A stretch of DNA of 64,000 nt from the human T2T-CHM13v2.0 reference genome, Homo sapiens: the NCBI RefSeq assembly GCF_009914755.1, contig NC_060939.1; one strand, 5' to 3'. Both the position numbers and the translations under genes were made by a program. Positions within the stretch are counted from its first letter, which is position 1. Each line of letters opens with the position of its first letter. The notes beneath the pieces were generated by a model. The model searched no databases, was not told the DNA's origin, and saw nothing but the letters and a program-made list of their open reading frames with translations. This document shows positions 31,655 to 52,605 of the stretch, one piece after another.

Positions 31655-32923
31655 CTCTCAACTTTGTATCTTTTTTTTTCTTTGCCCTTCTCTCTAATAT
31701 TCACTCTTGTCCAGATTTTCATAATATAATTGGAAGAAGCAAAGGCCCTTCCTCCTCTGTTAATGAGTTACAATCTTTCACAGGTCCAAGAAAGGCGACA
31801 GAAGGGACTTTCTACTTTGTAGGCTTATTATTGTTTTTCATTTTCTACTAAAAGTTTATTTTCCCATGTGCTGTTTTTCGGTGTGTATGCATTGTTAACT
31901 GCATTTCCACCATGTTGCATAAGGAACATTTGCAATTTGGTTTATAATGTCACCATTCGTGCTCCATAAGGGAGGTCTATACTCTATCTCTCATATATCC
32001 AGTACCTAAAACTCACTGCCTGGCACTTAAGTAGGTGCTTCAGTATATGTCAGCATTCCAAAGGTCTTTGTTACTGTAAATAGAGCATTGATGTGAATAG
32101 TACAGATGATGGTGGGCTCTATCATGATCTCTCTTGGCAGGGATTTATCCAGAGTCATTTGAATAATTACCATGTACCAACTAGTATGTCTGGTCCTGGG
32201 TATGTACGTATTTAGGACCTTTAGAGAGCTTATATGTTGGTAGGAGAGGACATACTAGGAAACCAACAATTACAGTATGGGGGTGCTGTTACGAGATTTG
32301 AGGTGTGCATTAGAGAGCAGAGAGGAAGGCTACCTGACCCAGTTTAGAGTGAGTTGAGAGAATTAGGGGATTGTTTCATGAAGGAGATGATGGTTACATG
32401 ATCATGTTCTGTAAGATGAGGAAGAGTTAGCAGGGAAAAGGGGAGGAAAGGCTTGGAGCCCTGAGAAAACTTTGTCCTTATGTTGGGGAAGTACTCTGTT
32501 CAGTTTTCAAGTTATGCACCATTTTGACTAATCTTTAAGGAAGTAATGTAATTGGTTAGTTTGGACTTTTCTCATAATTTGAACAGAGGTTTTTTGTTTT
32601 GTTTTAATAATGGAGCAGTTTAAGAAAGAACTTACCTTGTTTACCCTACCCTAACCAAACCAAACCAAATGAGGTGTTGCATCCTTCTCTGTGCATACCT
32701 GCATATGATTTTAAATTAGGAAAGAAAAACCAATCCAACTCTCTTGTGAATAGGAGTTGCTGTTAGTGTACAGTTTCTTATTTTGGCAGCAAACCCATCT
32801 CAGCAATGCAGATGTTCTGCAGTAAAATAGGTGACTTATTAATATGATATTTTCTGGTTGTGAAAAACAGTTGCATGGCCAGTATAGAAGTGACCTATTT
32901 GAATATAGTACAATATTAATCTG

Positions 32924-35300
32924 CAGGCATGCTTCAGAGATATTGTGGGTTTGGTTTCAGACTACTGGAATAAAGTGAACATTGCGATAAAGCAAGTCAC
33001 ACATGTTTTTTGTTTCCCGGTGCATATGTTTTGTTTATACTATGCTGTAGTCTAGTAAGTGTGTGATAGCATTGCATCTAAAACTGTACATCCCTTAATT
33101 GAAAAATATTGCTAAAAAATGCTAACAATCATGTGAACCTTCAACAAGTCGTGATCTTTTTGCTGGATGGTCTTGCCTTGATGTGGATGGCTGCTAACTG
33201 ATCAGGTGGTGGTTGCTGAGGATTGGAGCAGCTTAGGCAATTTCTTAAAATAAGACAACAGTGAAGTTTGCTGCATTGATTGACTCTCCTTGACAAAAGA
33301 TTTCTTTGTAACATGTGATGCTGTTGGATAGCATTTTGCCCACAGTAGAAACTCATTTCAAAATTGGAGTCACTCCTCTCCAACCCTGCTGCTAGTTGAT
33401 CAACTAACTTTATGTAATACTGTAAATCCTTTGTTGTCATTTCAACAATGCACAGCATCTGCACCAAGAGTAGATTCCATGTCTAGAAGCCACTTTCTTT
33501 GCTCATTCCTTAAGAAGCAACCTGCCATCTGTTCAAGTTTTATCATGAGATTGCAGGAATTCAGTCATATCTTCAGGCTCCACTTCCAATTCTAATTCTC
33601 TTGCTGTTTCCACCACATGTCCAGTGACTTCTCCCATTGAAGTCTGGAACCCCTCCAAGTCATCCATCAGGGCTGGAATCAGCTTCTTCCAAAACTCCTG
33701 TTAATGTTGATATTTTGATGTTCTCCCCTGAATTGTGAATGTTCTTAATGGCATCTAGAATGGTGAATCCTTTGCAGAAGGTTTTCAGTTGGCTTTGCCC
33801 AGATTCATCAGAGGATGGATGGCAGGTCTAGGATTATGAAATTAGTTTCTTAAATCATAAGACTTGAAAGTCAAACTTACTTCTGGGTCAGTGGGCTGAA
33901 GAAAGCAAGTGTGTTAGCAGGCATGAAAACAACATTAACCTCCTTGTTCATCTCCATCATAGCTCTTGGGTGACCCAGGTGCATTGTGAGTGAGCAGGAG
34001 TCTTTTTTTTCTGGGCAGTAGGTCACAACAGTGACCTTAAAATATTAAACCATGCTATAAACAGATGTTCTGTCCAGGCTTTGTTCTAGTTACGGAAACA
34101 CAGAGTAGACTTAGCATAATTCTTATGGGCTCTAGAATTTTTAGAATGGTAAGTGAGCATTGGCTTCAACTTAAAGTCATCAGCTGCATTAGCCCCTAAC
34201 AAGAGAGTCAGCTTGTCCTTTGAGGTTTTGAAGCCAGGCTTTGACTTTCCCTCTCTAGCTATGGAAGTCCTAGATGGTGTCTTCTTCCAGTATAAGGCTG
34301 TTTTGTCTACATTGAAAATCTGTTGTTTAGTGTAGCTACTTTCATCATTTGTCTAGATTGTCTGGATAACTTCCTGCAGCTTCTGTGTCAGCACTTGCTT
34401 GTTTGTAGTGCACTTTTATGTTATGGAGATAGCTTCTTGTCCTTAAACCTCATGAACCAATGCTCTGCTAGCTTGCTAGCTTTTCTTCTGCAGCTTCTTC
34501 ACCTGTCTCAGCCTTCATAGAACTGAAGAGATTATTTAGGGCCTTACTCTGGATTGGCCTTTGGTTTAAGGGAACGTTGTGGCTGGCTTGATCTTCTATC
34601 CAGACCACTCAAGCTTTCATATTGTTAATTTGTTAATAGTAATAAGGCTATTGTGCTTTCTTATTATTTATGTGCTCACTGGAATAACACTTGTAATTTC
34701 CCGCAAGAACTGTTCCTTTGCATTCACAACTTGGCTGTTTGTTGCAAGAGGCCTAGCTTTCTGCCTGTCTCAGCTTTTGACATGCCTTCCTTGCTAACCT
34801 TAATTATTTCTAGCTTTTGAGTTAAAGTGAGAGATGTGTGATTCTTCCTTTCACTTGAACACTTAGAAGCCATCATGGGGTTATTCATTGGTCTCATTTC
34901 AATATTACTGTGTCTCAGGGAATAGGGAGACTCAAGAAGAGGGAGAGAGATGGGGTAGCAGCAAGTTGGTGGAGCAGTTAGAACATACACAACATTTATT
35001 TAGTTTGCTGTCTTCTGTGGGCACAGTTGGTGGTGCCCTAAAACAATTACAATAGTAAAATAAAAAACATAAAAGATCAATGATCACAGATTACCATAAC
35101 AGATATAATAATGAAGATGTTCGAAATATTGTGAGCATTACCAAAACGTGACACAGAGGCATGAAGTGAGCCACATGTGTTTTGGAAAAATGGTGCTGAT
35201 AGACTTGCTTGATGTAGGGTTGCCACAGACCTTCAATTTGTTAAAAATCTCTATCTTTGAAGTGTAATAAAGTGAAATGCATTAAAATGAGATATGCCTG
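32924..35300 (-). mobile_element. Near full-length Tigger1 (TcMar-pogo) DNA transposon with decayed transposase
   Basis: TIR ends CAGGCAT...ATGCCTG followed by TA, length ~2.4 kb. Remnant ORFs MASKCSSERKNHTSLTLTQKLEIIK...GRKLGLL (N-terminus) and VEMTTKDLQYYIKLVD...ERSDSNFE (C-terminus). Confidence 0.93.
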
Positions 35301-35484
35301 TATTCAGGTTTATTATTTATTTTTATTGAGATTACCTTTTTGTTATGTATAAAAAGCCTGGTTTTAAATTACAGTTTTCTAGGTGTGTTTATATAAGATA
35401 AAGCCTTTTGGTTCTTGGAAAACAGTTTTGGGAATGTCAAACTAATTTTTTCATTTTAAGATTCCTCTAAGAACTTATACTAGA

Positions 35485-35804
<320 letters not shown>

Positions 35805-36824
35805 TTAATTATCCTCTTTGCATTACTGTGGGAGTTAGGGCAAGACTTTTTTGAAAGTACTGTTGTTAATTGTGGGGTAGATAAATTTCCTTGAGCAGAT
35901 GAGGTTTTTGGTTTTTAAAAATAGCCCAAAAGATACTCAGAAACAAGATCGGTTTAAAAAAAAAAAGAGTCATTATCAGATTGCGAAGTATTTGTTTTAT
36001 GTGAAGAGAGAAAATAAGAGACATCTATAAAGTAATGCCTTTCTAATGCTATTTTTGAAGATTCTTGTGAAAAAGAAGCTCCAAAAATACTTGAGCAATG
36101 GCAGTATTGGTGAAGGACTAATTCATCCAGACGAACTTTGTATAGGATAATCCTTGGTTCATTCTATAATATCCAGTTTTGGCTCTTAATCAGGATTCAT
36201 GTTATGGAAATCTTCTTTAAAATATTTTATATTGGTTTAGTCATTAATACTAATGGGTCCCTCACTTAGTCTAAATGTAAGGTGTCACTGTATTACGAGA
36301 CCTTGAATTAATAAGCCAAGTGCTAATTAGGAAAGTTGACAAAGAAGCAGTGTTCAGCCACTGGGGCAAGAACTCAGTCATCTCCCATTGTGCGAGTGAG
36401 CCTTTACTGTTTAGTGGGCTCTGTGATTACTGTCTAGGATCATCTAAAACAAAAATAGGTAGAAATCTAAGAGAATGAGTTTGTGTGTATGCAGATTCAC
36501 CTGAATATTGAGGTAGCACAGTCTGTGGATAAGTTTTTGTTTTTTTGTTTTTTTTTGGGTTATAACTGACAATTGCGCATATTTAAAGTGTATTTTCACA
36601 TGTGGTCTTATAAAGAAAACCAAATGATCATAAAAATGTAAATGAGAGAAAATATTCTTAGTTCTCAGTGTCATTCAGGAAAAACTTGTTGGAAGATGGT
36701 ATGTGATAGTTGTTGAGGTTTATTTGTCTAGCACAGTTTCTACTCAGTTACTTTGTCATTTAAGATCCTAAGTACAGAGAGATTCTAGCCACTACCCTAT
36801 CTCTCTGTCTGCAATGTTTTTTAA

Positions 36825-37381
<557 letters not shown>

Positions 37382-37789
37382 TCATGGGAATAAACAACAC
37401 TAGTTACTAGAAATTTTGAGATTTTTTTTTCTCCTTCCTTCTCCTAGTACATGATGTTTTGAGAGGCCTGTGTAATCCTAAACGCTTGATAGAGCACTTT
37501 TATGATGGGAGTATGAGTAGTATGCAAGTCTATCGACTCCTCTAGGCAAGTTTGTAGTTGTGTGTGTGTGCGCACACACACGCTTTAAAAGTAAAACATT
37601 AACCATGTATGTTTGGTAAATGCTAGACTGTAGTTTTAAAACTGGAAGAAACCGTTGAAAGTATCTTGTCAAATTTGTTCATTTTATTGATGAGGAATTT
37701 GAGGGCCAAAGAGGCAACTCTGATGAGGCCAATTATAGAATTAATTCTAAGGACCTGCATTTGGGTCTACAAAACCAGTTATGGAAATA

Positions 37790-38035
37790 TAGATGAAGGA
37801 AGTCTTGGTTTAAGTGGAGCTTTTAGTTGACCATAATAAGCTTATGTTAGTCATAAGTGACATGGCTGTCAGAGTTGCTAAGTTGATCTTGAATTACAAT
37901 AATAAAAGTATGTCAAAACAAGGAGAAAGGGGTAGCCTGTTAGAGAAGGCAACAACAGCAGAATATTTGAAGTATCAAATGTGGTTAGTCCTGGATCACC
38001 AGTTTTCAGAGGAACATTGATGAACTGGAGCTTAC
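37790..38035 (+). mobile_element. CR1/L3-like ancient LINE fragment
   Basis: ttagttgaccataataagctt...gtgacatggctg...ttttcagaggaacattgatgaactggag resembles the L3 ORF2 3' region. Confidence 0.4.
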
Positions 38036-38250
38036 TGTCCAACTTACACTCCTGAGAACTATTTGAAACCAGAATCTCCCACCAGGTTCTCCAGGTACTC
38101 ACTGTACCTGACTTCAAGTGTTCTTCCTGGCCACATGAACAAGTCTGGTTTTTTGCCTGTTTTTCTTAATGTAATTCTCTTGCTTTTCCTCCTGTATAAA
38201 GATCACAGTGACACCTTTACTTTCCTAGGCATGATCAGGCCATGGTACCT

Positions 38251-38549
<299 letters not shown>

Positions 38550-41369
38550 TTACCCTTATTTAAAGCTGTGAAGGCTGGAAGCTGTTTCCCAGACTTCTTG
38601 CCAAGTTTGGCCTGAAGCCTCAGAATACATTTTCTCCTTGTTTTTCAAAGTGGCTGGGGGTTTAAATGATCATTTGTGGGTTTGTACCCATGCTACTAAT
38701 GTCTTGTTTCTAACAAGGACATATAAAATTTCTTGGCCTTACACTCACGTTTGGCTTTCTGGTGATCTTGCATATCAGAGATGGTAGCTGTCGGTAGTGC
38801 TGTGGGTTGTCTACAGGAAAAACAAAAATACCCCTGAGAAAGCACACAGTTAAAAATGGTATTGGAATGACCATCCACTACTTTTCTACCAGATAATCAT
38901 TATTTTCATTATCTTACCTTCTGAGTTTCCACCTGGAGAGGAAGGGAACTAATCTTTATTGAACACTTAAGATGTGCCAGACAATGAACAAGTGCTTTAC
39001 AATGTAGATTTTGTTTTTCCTTACCTTATAGTGGTGTTCTTACCCCACTTACAGATGAAGAAACTGTGGTACATGCATAAAGTAATGTTATATAGCTAGT
39101 GAAGCTGGAATTCGAATTCAAAATCTTGACTGAAAAGATCTTGTTTGACTTTTATGACCACAAAAGACAAATGATATTACTCTCTTATTTAGAATGGCCT
39201 AACTACTACCATTTTTCTACCTAATTATTTACTTTTACACCTCTTGGGCCCCCTATCTGTTTTCCCTGGCATATTTTCTTGAGTTCTTAATTATCTTGAG
39301 TTCCTAATTTGGAATCATGTATTACTTCTAGCAGTTTTCTCAGATAATCTCCTTTCATTTCTCTCGTGCAAGACTAATGGTCCATCTGGGAGCTGTTTTT
39401 CAGGGTAGGGAAGAGTCAGAGAGAGGCCTGACTACCTCTGTGCAGCAAGGGAAGCGATTCCCTAAACTATTTCTTAAAATTCTATCTTGATTGGACTAAT
39501 TTTCTGTATTAGTTGAATATCTACTATAGTACTCTTTGTTGACATGATTTGGTCCTAGGTGCCTAAGAAAATAGTAACCTCCCTCTGGCCTTCAGGAAAT
39601 TTAGGATTCGGTTTGGGAGTTAAAGTGTGCACATAATTGGTGAGTATGATAAGTGCCACAAGGCCATAGTTCAACCAGCCAACCAACCAGCCAACCAAAA
39701 ACCAAACCATTGGCTGTTCAGAGTGGGGAAGAGAGCACAAATCTGCATAGTTATAACAGGGAGGCTATTCTCAGTCCTGGCTCTGGATGAGAATATCCTG
39801 GCGAGATTTTAATTCAGTAGGTGTAGGGTGGCGCAGGAATCTGTGATGCTGATATGCACTGGGATTTATGCTATCAAGGATAATCTTTTATTTCTTTAGT
39901 TCTCCAAAGCATGTTTGTTTTTATCTTTTGAATATTCCCTTGCATTTTCCCCTGCACTTTACTCTGAAGTGGGAATAATGGAACTTGGGTGCCTGTTGGC
40001 TGATTCACCATGTTTAGTTAGTAGATCTGTGAATGTAATCTTTAATGGATTTAGGCAGAATGTCCAATGTGGAAGTAAATTCAGTCTGTCTTGGAATTAA
40101 TTGTAGAATGTAGTAAAGTAGCCTTCATTTATTTGCATATCTTTTGGACTAAACTTCTGTATTTAATAGAATGCCTCGTCATATTCTGTAAAGTCTCATT
40201 AATATGGAGCCTGTAATTTAAATCTGTATTTTGGAGGCACACTGAGGTAAAGTTTACCCTTAATAAGGGCACCATTGTTTACTATAATGGGCTAATTACA
40301 TGTCTTAATCATTGTAGCAGGTTGAATACAACCTCTTCTTGGCAGTGTTTTACTGGCTCCTACTTTCAAGTTATTTTCTGCCTTATAGTAGTAAAAATTT
40401 AGTTAGTTAACTTGTCTTTCCTAAGCATTTAGAAATTAGTTGAAGTTGTAAACACTGTTAGCTGAATAGAAATAAGCTGACACTTTCTCTTCAATTGTAG
40501 AGAGAGATTATGTGACTTAATCTTCCCATCAGGGGGATGTGAGTGATTGGAATGCTAGTGGCTGGCGGTGGGTTTGTTTCTTAAAGGCTATATGTTGTAC
40601 TTCACTGAACCACCTGTACAGCTAAGCTGTCTTGAAGTTTTAGTCATTCCTACTCTTGTGGTTGGAGTGATACTGTGGGTCTTGGTAGCGTTTCTGCCTT
40701 TTGTTCTAACATGTCAGACAGTTACTCTTTGGCCTTCTTCATTCTTATCCTAATTGTGTATAACAACTAGCATTTGAATACCTACCATATACGGGGCGTC
40801 ATGCTTGCTGGCCTTATGTACATTGGCCTAATATTTATAATACCTGTGTGAGTAGTGCTGTTGTTATCCACATTTTGCAGGTGAAAAAGCAAGGCTTTGA
40901 GGGTTTAAATACTTGTACTAGGTCAAAGAGCTAACAAATGAAAAGATCCCACATTCAAATCCACACATGCTTTTAGAACCTGTGTTTTTAGCTTTTATCT
41001 GTTGCCCCAGGACCAGGCCAGATCATCATCATCACTTTTCTCTTTTCCTTATCAAGTTGGTAAGCGGCTGTAGGTTGTTCTGGTGATAATGAGAGATAAA
41101 GGTCATAGTTAGTGCATAATCAGTTAGCATTTTAAAAATAATCGCTGCTGCATTGTGATTCCAGAGAATGGAATAACCATAAATGTATTACTTCTCAGAC
41201 ATTCACAGTGATGGTGTACAGGATCATGCTCACTCTAGGGCAAGCAACATTATAACATTGTTTAGAAGCCTGATTTGCTATAAATTGAGGAACAAGGTGT
41301 ATCAGGAAAATCTAAAATATCCCTTTGATTATCCCAGTACAGTGATTACGAACTTAAGGCTGGGAGCTG

Positions 41370-41560
41370 AACTCTTTACATTCATACCTTAGCTCTTCCA
41401 GCTCTGTAACTCTAGGCAAATTATTTATGCTCCCCACACCTCAGTTTTCTCATGTGTAAAACAAGGGTAGTGGTAGTACATTCTTTAAAGAGATTTTATA
41501 AGGATGAATTAAGACAATGTGAAGAACTTAGCAGAGTGTCTTATATATACCAAGCTTCAA
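41370..41560 (+). mobile_element. MIR
   Basis: ggcaaattattt...cctcagttttctcatgtgtaaaacaaggg. Confidence 0.6.
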
Positions 41561-43726
41561 ATATTGCTTTACTATCTTGAGTTAATAGGAAAATCAAAGA
41601 GGTATTAAATGGAGAGTGGATATAAAAGCTTTGAGGTGAAGGAGTGGTCAGGTGATGAGGTGCTGGTTACCTTGCCCCTTAGTGTTTAGCTGATTTGTGT
41701 TGGTGGTCCTAAAGTCAACTCTTCCCAGCTTTTAGGTAGTAACTTCAAGATGTAAGTAAAAATCCTAAATTCTGAAATATTTTAAAACATTTTAAAGTGG
41801 TTTACATTTTACAATATTCTTGCTTGTAGGCAATATGAAACTCAATTAGATGGTAAAAAAATGATTACCAGATTCTTTAGCAGATCAACTCTACGATATA
41901 ATCTGAAAGATAGAGTTGTGTGCTTACGTGTTTTTATTTATTTGGAGAGGTTCAGGCGAAAGAAATGTCAACAGTGGTACAGTTACGTACCCAAATGAAG
42001 AGTTGCTGTAGTTGTGCAGATCTGGGATTTGGTGTATGAAAAAGATGCCTAATTTCATTGGGAGGCTGTTTAGATGAGAGGCACTTTCCAACACTGGGAT
42101 TCTATTTTTTTGGGTGTTGAATGTTACATACCAGATTAGTTCTCATTTCTTTTTTTTTAGAAGAATACGTATTTTAGTCTAAGAACAATGGAAAATAGCT
42201 TTCTCTTTTAGCTATTTCAACTCAATTCTAACCTCATTCCTAACTTAGCCTAACTCTATAGTTTATTTTGGCTGCAAAATCCTGCCCACTTTATCTTCTA
42301 TAAAAATGTATTTTTCCTTCAATGAGGGGAAAAATGCAAGCTAACATATTTATTTTGGATTATCTTTTTACCCCATTATTTTCCTAATGAGCTCTGTTCA
42401 TGCCTCTCTGCAAATCTTAAAAAAAAAAAAGTCGATTCAGTTTGAGGATAGCTGAAACATTTTTTATGCAGAAAGTGGTTTGTAAAATACGGGAGAATTC
42501 TACTGAATTCCCTCTTAGAGCATCATTCAGTAGTAGCTTACTGGTGATAAAGATTACTATTGATGTCTTTACTATTCTGGGAAAGTTTTAAAGTTTACAA
42601 GGAGAATGTTAGAATTCAGTATATAAACCAGGAAAAACTTTACTTTGTTATCTGAAAAAGACCTAAGTGGATATAAGGCCTCATTATACCACTCAATTTT
42701 CATTCACTTCGCAAAATTGACTTTTATGAAGCTAATATAATACAAGGTGAAAAAAATGGTCCATGATCCTGGCAGTGTTGCTATGGACTAATTTCCATCA
42801 CTTTGAGTCATATTACTATAAAAGGGCAGAAAACACTGGGGGAGGCTCTTAGCAGATTTCTAACTACTTTGTTTACTTTGGTTGATAGGGAGTTTGCTGT
42901 CATATTTTTGAAAGGTGGTGGTGGTGGGATTGTCTGCTATCTCCTTTCTCTGCCACCTCCCAGGTATATAGGTGATGGTTACAATTTGGAAAATATAGAA
43001 AGAAAAAAAAATATACACCCCATTACCTTGAGATACTTAACATTTTAGTTTTCTTCTTGCTTTTTTCTCTTTCTTACATGGTTTTAAAAATAGTTTTTAA
43101 AATATTAAATCATATACCATTATTTTCTCCTTTTTCCCCCCTTTAACACTGTGTTCCCTTCTGTACAGTTTTTTTTTTTTTTTTTTTTTTTTGGAGTACT
43201 GTTTTTAAGGGATAGCATCATTTTGTTCTTTGGAGCTATCCCATTTAACCAGTTCTCTGTTGTTAGACAGCAACGTCCCCCCTCCAAAACAACTTTTCCT
43301 CTCAATTCCAACATTATTTCCTTATGATAAAGTAAAATTACTGGATTAAAGTTTGAACGTTTTCAAGTATCTTCATATATAAATGTGTTAAATTTTATCC
43401 AAAATGCTTGTGACCACTTCTTATTTCATTCCCATCATCTAAGTATGGGAGCACTTGTTTCTCCACGTCTTTGTCGGTAGTGGGCATTTTCGCTTTCCTA
43501 CACTTTTTCTTCGATTTCTAGGTGGAAGATGATACCACCTCACATTCAGTGATACTTAGAAATGCTGTGAATGCCTAGTCAGTCCACAAACTCCTTAGCC
43601 TTTGTTTTTTGGTTTAAACCCAATTCTGGGGACTTCCTGATCATCCCTTCTTGGTATTAGCTAAGCTTCCTAAACACATGGATGTTTGTGTAAGATTAGT
43701 ATGGTTTCATTAAAACCAGGTTGTCA

Positions 43727-44914
<1,188 letters not shown>

Positions 44915-45926
44915 ATGGGGAAAAAACAGAACAGAAAAACTGGAAACTCTAAAATGCAGAGCGCCTCTCCTCCTCCAAAGGAACGCAGTTCCTCACCAGC
45001 AACGGAACAAAGCTGGATGGAGAATGACTTTGACGAGCTGAGAGAAGAAGGCTTCAGACAATCAAATTACTCTGAGCTACGGGAGGACATTCAAACCAAA
45101 GGCAAAGAAGTTGAAAACTTTGAAAAAAATTTAGAAGAATGTATAACTAGAATAACCAATACAGAGAAGTGCTTAAAGGAGCTGATGGAGCTGAAAACCA
45201 AGGCTCGAGAACTACGTGAAGAATGCAGAAGCCTCAGGAGCCGATGCGATCAACTGGAAGAAAGGGTATCAGCAATGGAAGATGAATGAAATGAAGCGAG
45301 AAGGGAAGTTTAGAGAAAAAAGAATAAAAAGAAATGAGCAAAGCCTCCAAGAAATATGGGACTATGTGAAAAGACCAAATCTACGTCTGATTGGTGTACC
45401 TGAAAGTGAAGGGGAGAATGGAACCAAGTTGGAAAACACTCTGCAGGATATTATCCAGGAGAACTTCCCCAATCTAGCAAGGCAGGCCAACGTTCAGATT
45501 CAGGAAATACAGAGAATGCCACAAAGATACTCCTCGAGAAGAGCAACTCCAAGACACATAATTGTCAGATTCACCAAAGTTGAAATGAAGGAAAAAATGT
45601 TAAGGGCAGCCAGAGAGAAAGGTCGGGTTACCCTCAAAGGGAAGCCCATCAGACTAACAGCGGATCTCTCGGCAGAAACCCTACAAGCCAGAAGAGAGTG
45701 GGGGCCAATATTCAACATTCTTAAAGAAAAGAATTTTCAACCCAGAATTTCATATCCAGCCAAACTAAGCTTCATAAGTGAAGGAGAAATAAAATACTTC
45801 ACAGACAAGCAAATGCTGAGAGATTTTGTCACCACCAGGCCTGCCCTAAAAGAGCTCCTGAAGGAAGCGCTAAACGTGGAAAGGAACAACTGGTACCAGC
45901 CGCTGCAAAATCATGCCAAAATGTAA
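44915..45926 (+). pseudogene. L1 ORF1p, frameshifted
   Basis: MGKKQNRK...NHAKM split at ~45285 by a 5-nt deletion (gatgaatgaaatgaag). Span 1012 nt versus 1017 expected. Confidence 0.93.
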
Positions 45927-45962
45927 AGACCATCGAGACTAGGAAGAAACTGCATCAACTAA

Positions 45963-49816
<3,854 letters not shown>

Positions 49817-51117
49817 ACAGTGAGATCACATGGACCCAGGAAGGGGAATATCACACTCTGGGGACTGTGGTGGGGTGGGGGGAGGGGGGAGGGATAGCAT
49901 TAGGAGATATACCTAATGCTAGATGACGAGTTAGTGGGTGCAGCGCACGAGCATGGCACATGTATACATATGTAACTAACCTGCACAATATGCACATGTA
50001 CCCTAAAACTTAAAGTATAATAAAAAATAATAATAATAATAATAATAAATAAAAACCAGGTTGTCACTGAAAAGTTAAGGAAGCATTTGGAAATTACTGT
50101 AAAGGAAAAAGAACACCTAACAAAGCTTTCAGTGTTGGCAGTGTTCTGTGCCCACCCTTTATGTATTTAGCAATTACTTTAGCTGAACCAGTTTGTTCAT
50201 ATAGAAGAACCAGTCAGAATGTCTCTGCCCTTCCCTTCCTCTAAGCACACACAATGGTCATCTCCTCCCTTTGCCTTTTCTTTTGACCATGACTAGCAGG
50301 TCCTCAGCTAGCTTACTTGTTATAGACTTGTTCACACAACTTTATAGCTCTGTTTCTGTCAGGCATATTTCTGTTTTATAGATGAAAACTTTTTCTTAAT
50401 TTAAATTTCCCTTTTCCTGGAATTTATTCATGTGTTCTGAAATGCTGCTGTTATTGTAACTTACTGACTGTATTGTAAATTCATGGATTTTATCTGGGAG
50501 GATCTTGACTTTGATACTGAAGAGCTGATGCAAAATCTTAAACAGGCCGATGAAAAAGAGCTTGTCAAATAGATAAAGGAGCTTTCTTCTTTCTATATTC
50601 ATCAGTAAAAAATGTTCTGTCTAGGATTTGCATAGATGACTCTTTTCAAAATCAGTTTTCACCTGAGGTCATTCAGGTACCTAAAAGGGAGGGGAGTATC
50701 TAAACAGTGACAAAGTTGTCAACAGGGCGTTGCATCAAGTTCTCTTACACACTTTCCTTTTTGCTATGAAAGCTGCTTTCTCAGAGCCATCCAGTTACTC
50801 TTGTCATATATGCAGTTTGAAGAAGTTTACTTCTGCCTCTTTTTTCTCGCCTCTACCAAGGTAATGATGACCATTTAGAAGCCAAGGATTAATTTTGGGA
50901 ATGGCTTAGTGTGGTGGAAATTTTTAAAAAAATTCTGCAGTGGCTTAAATAGTGCAAGTAGATTTCACTGTAGGGACTGATATAGCAGTTATAAGAGCCC
51001 ACGGTTTGAAAGCAAGAGAAACTCTAAAAAAACAAAACAAAACAAACTGATGTCATTGGTGTCATTCGAAGGTTTACACATTTCTGTTCACTTGAGGTCT
51101 TTTTTGTAATTATGTTT

Positions 51118-51810
51118 TCACATATGTAGATACCTAGGAGTGGAATTGCTGGGTAACACTGTTTTCCAAAGTGGCTATACATTTTACAGTTCCTCCAGCA
51201 ATATATGAGGGCTTCAGTTTTCCACACATTTTGCCAATACTTGGTATTTTTAATCTTTTTTTTAATGGCCGTTCTGGTGGGTGTGTATTGATAATGACCA
51301 ATAATGTTAAGCTTTTTTTTACTGTTCATATTTGCCATTTGTTTATTTTCTTTGGTCAAGTGTCTGTTCAAACCTTTTGCCTATTAAAAAAATTTACTGT
51401 TTTTGTATTGAGTTATAAGAGTTCTTTATATATCCTGGATATAGGCCCTTTATTAGTTTATATAATTGGTAAATATTTTTTCCTAGTCTCTGACGTAGAG
51501 TCTTGTCTTTTAATTTTCTTGATGGTGTCTTTTGAAGAGGAAAAGTTTTTAATTTTGATGAAATCTAGTGTATCATGTTTTCTTTTATGGATCATACATT
51601 TGTTGTCATATATCTAAGGGATCTTTGCCTTAGCCAAGATCACAAAGATTTTCTCTTATGTTTTCTTGTAGATATTTCATAGTTTATTTTGTAAGTTTGT
51701 ATCTGTGATCCATATTTGGGTTTATTTTTGTGTATGGTGTAAGCTAGGGTATAAGTTCATTTTTTGCATGTGGATATTTGCTTGTTCTGGTGCCATTTAT
51801 TGACAAGTCT
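51118..51810 (-). mobile_element. Old L1M fragment (ORF2 3' region)
   Basis: Remnant MNRHLTKE...PTRTAIKK...[10 protein letters not shown] (ORF 51024-51371). Confidence 0.75.
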
Positions 51811-52180
51811 CTTAAAAGTTTTTTTTTTCTGTTAAACTGTATTACTGCAGTAAATAGTCTTACATATGCTGTGAACACACGCCTTCATTTTCTGACTGAA
51901 TTGGGAGAAGAGGGAGGAAAGGAGTTTGTCTTGGGTCTTGGCCTTATTGTAGGGAGCTTTTCTATCATAGTTCACTTTGCTTTATTCTGCCCTTTAAGAA
52001 GATATTCACAGTCTTTGGGAACAACGAATAGAGTTCTGGTCAATTTGGCTTTAGTTAAGAAGGTGACTCTGTTATCCTCTCCCTAGGGATGATTATGAAA
52101 TCTTATTTTGCACAGTTAGGGCTGGGTAAGCCTAGGATAGTACAAGCTATTGGACAGAACATTTGTTAAAAATATTTTTA

Positions 52181-52605
<425 letters not shown>

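Noticed and set aside
33141-34990. Domesticated TIGD1-like transposase gene
   Set aside because: The transposase is split into short fragments by stops and frameshifts.
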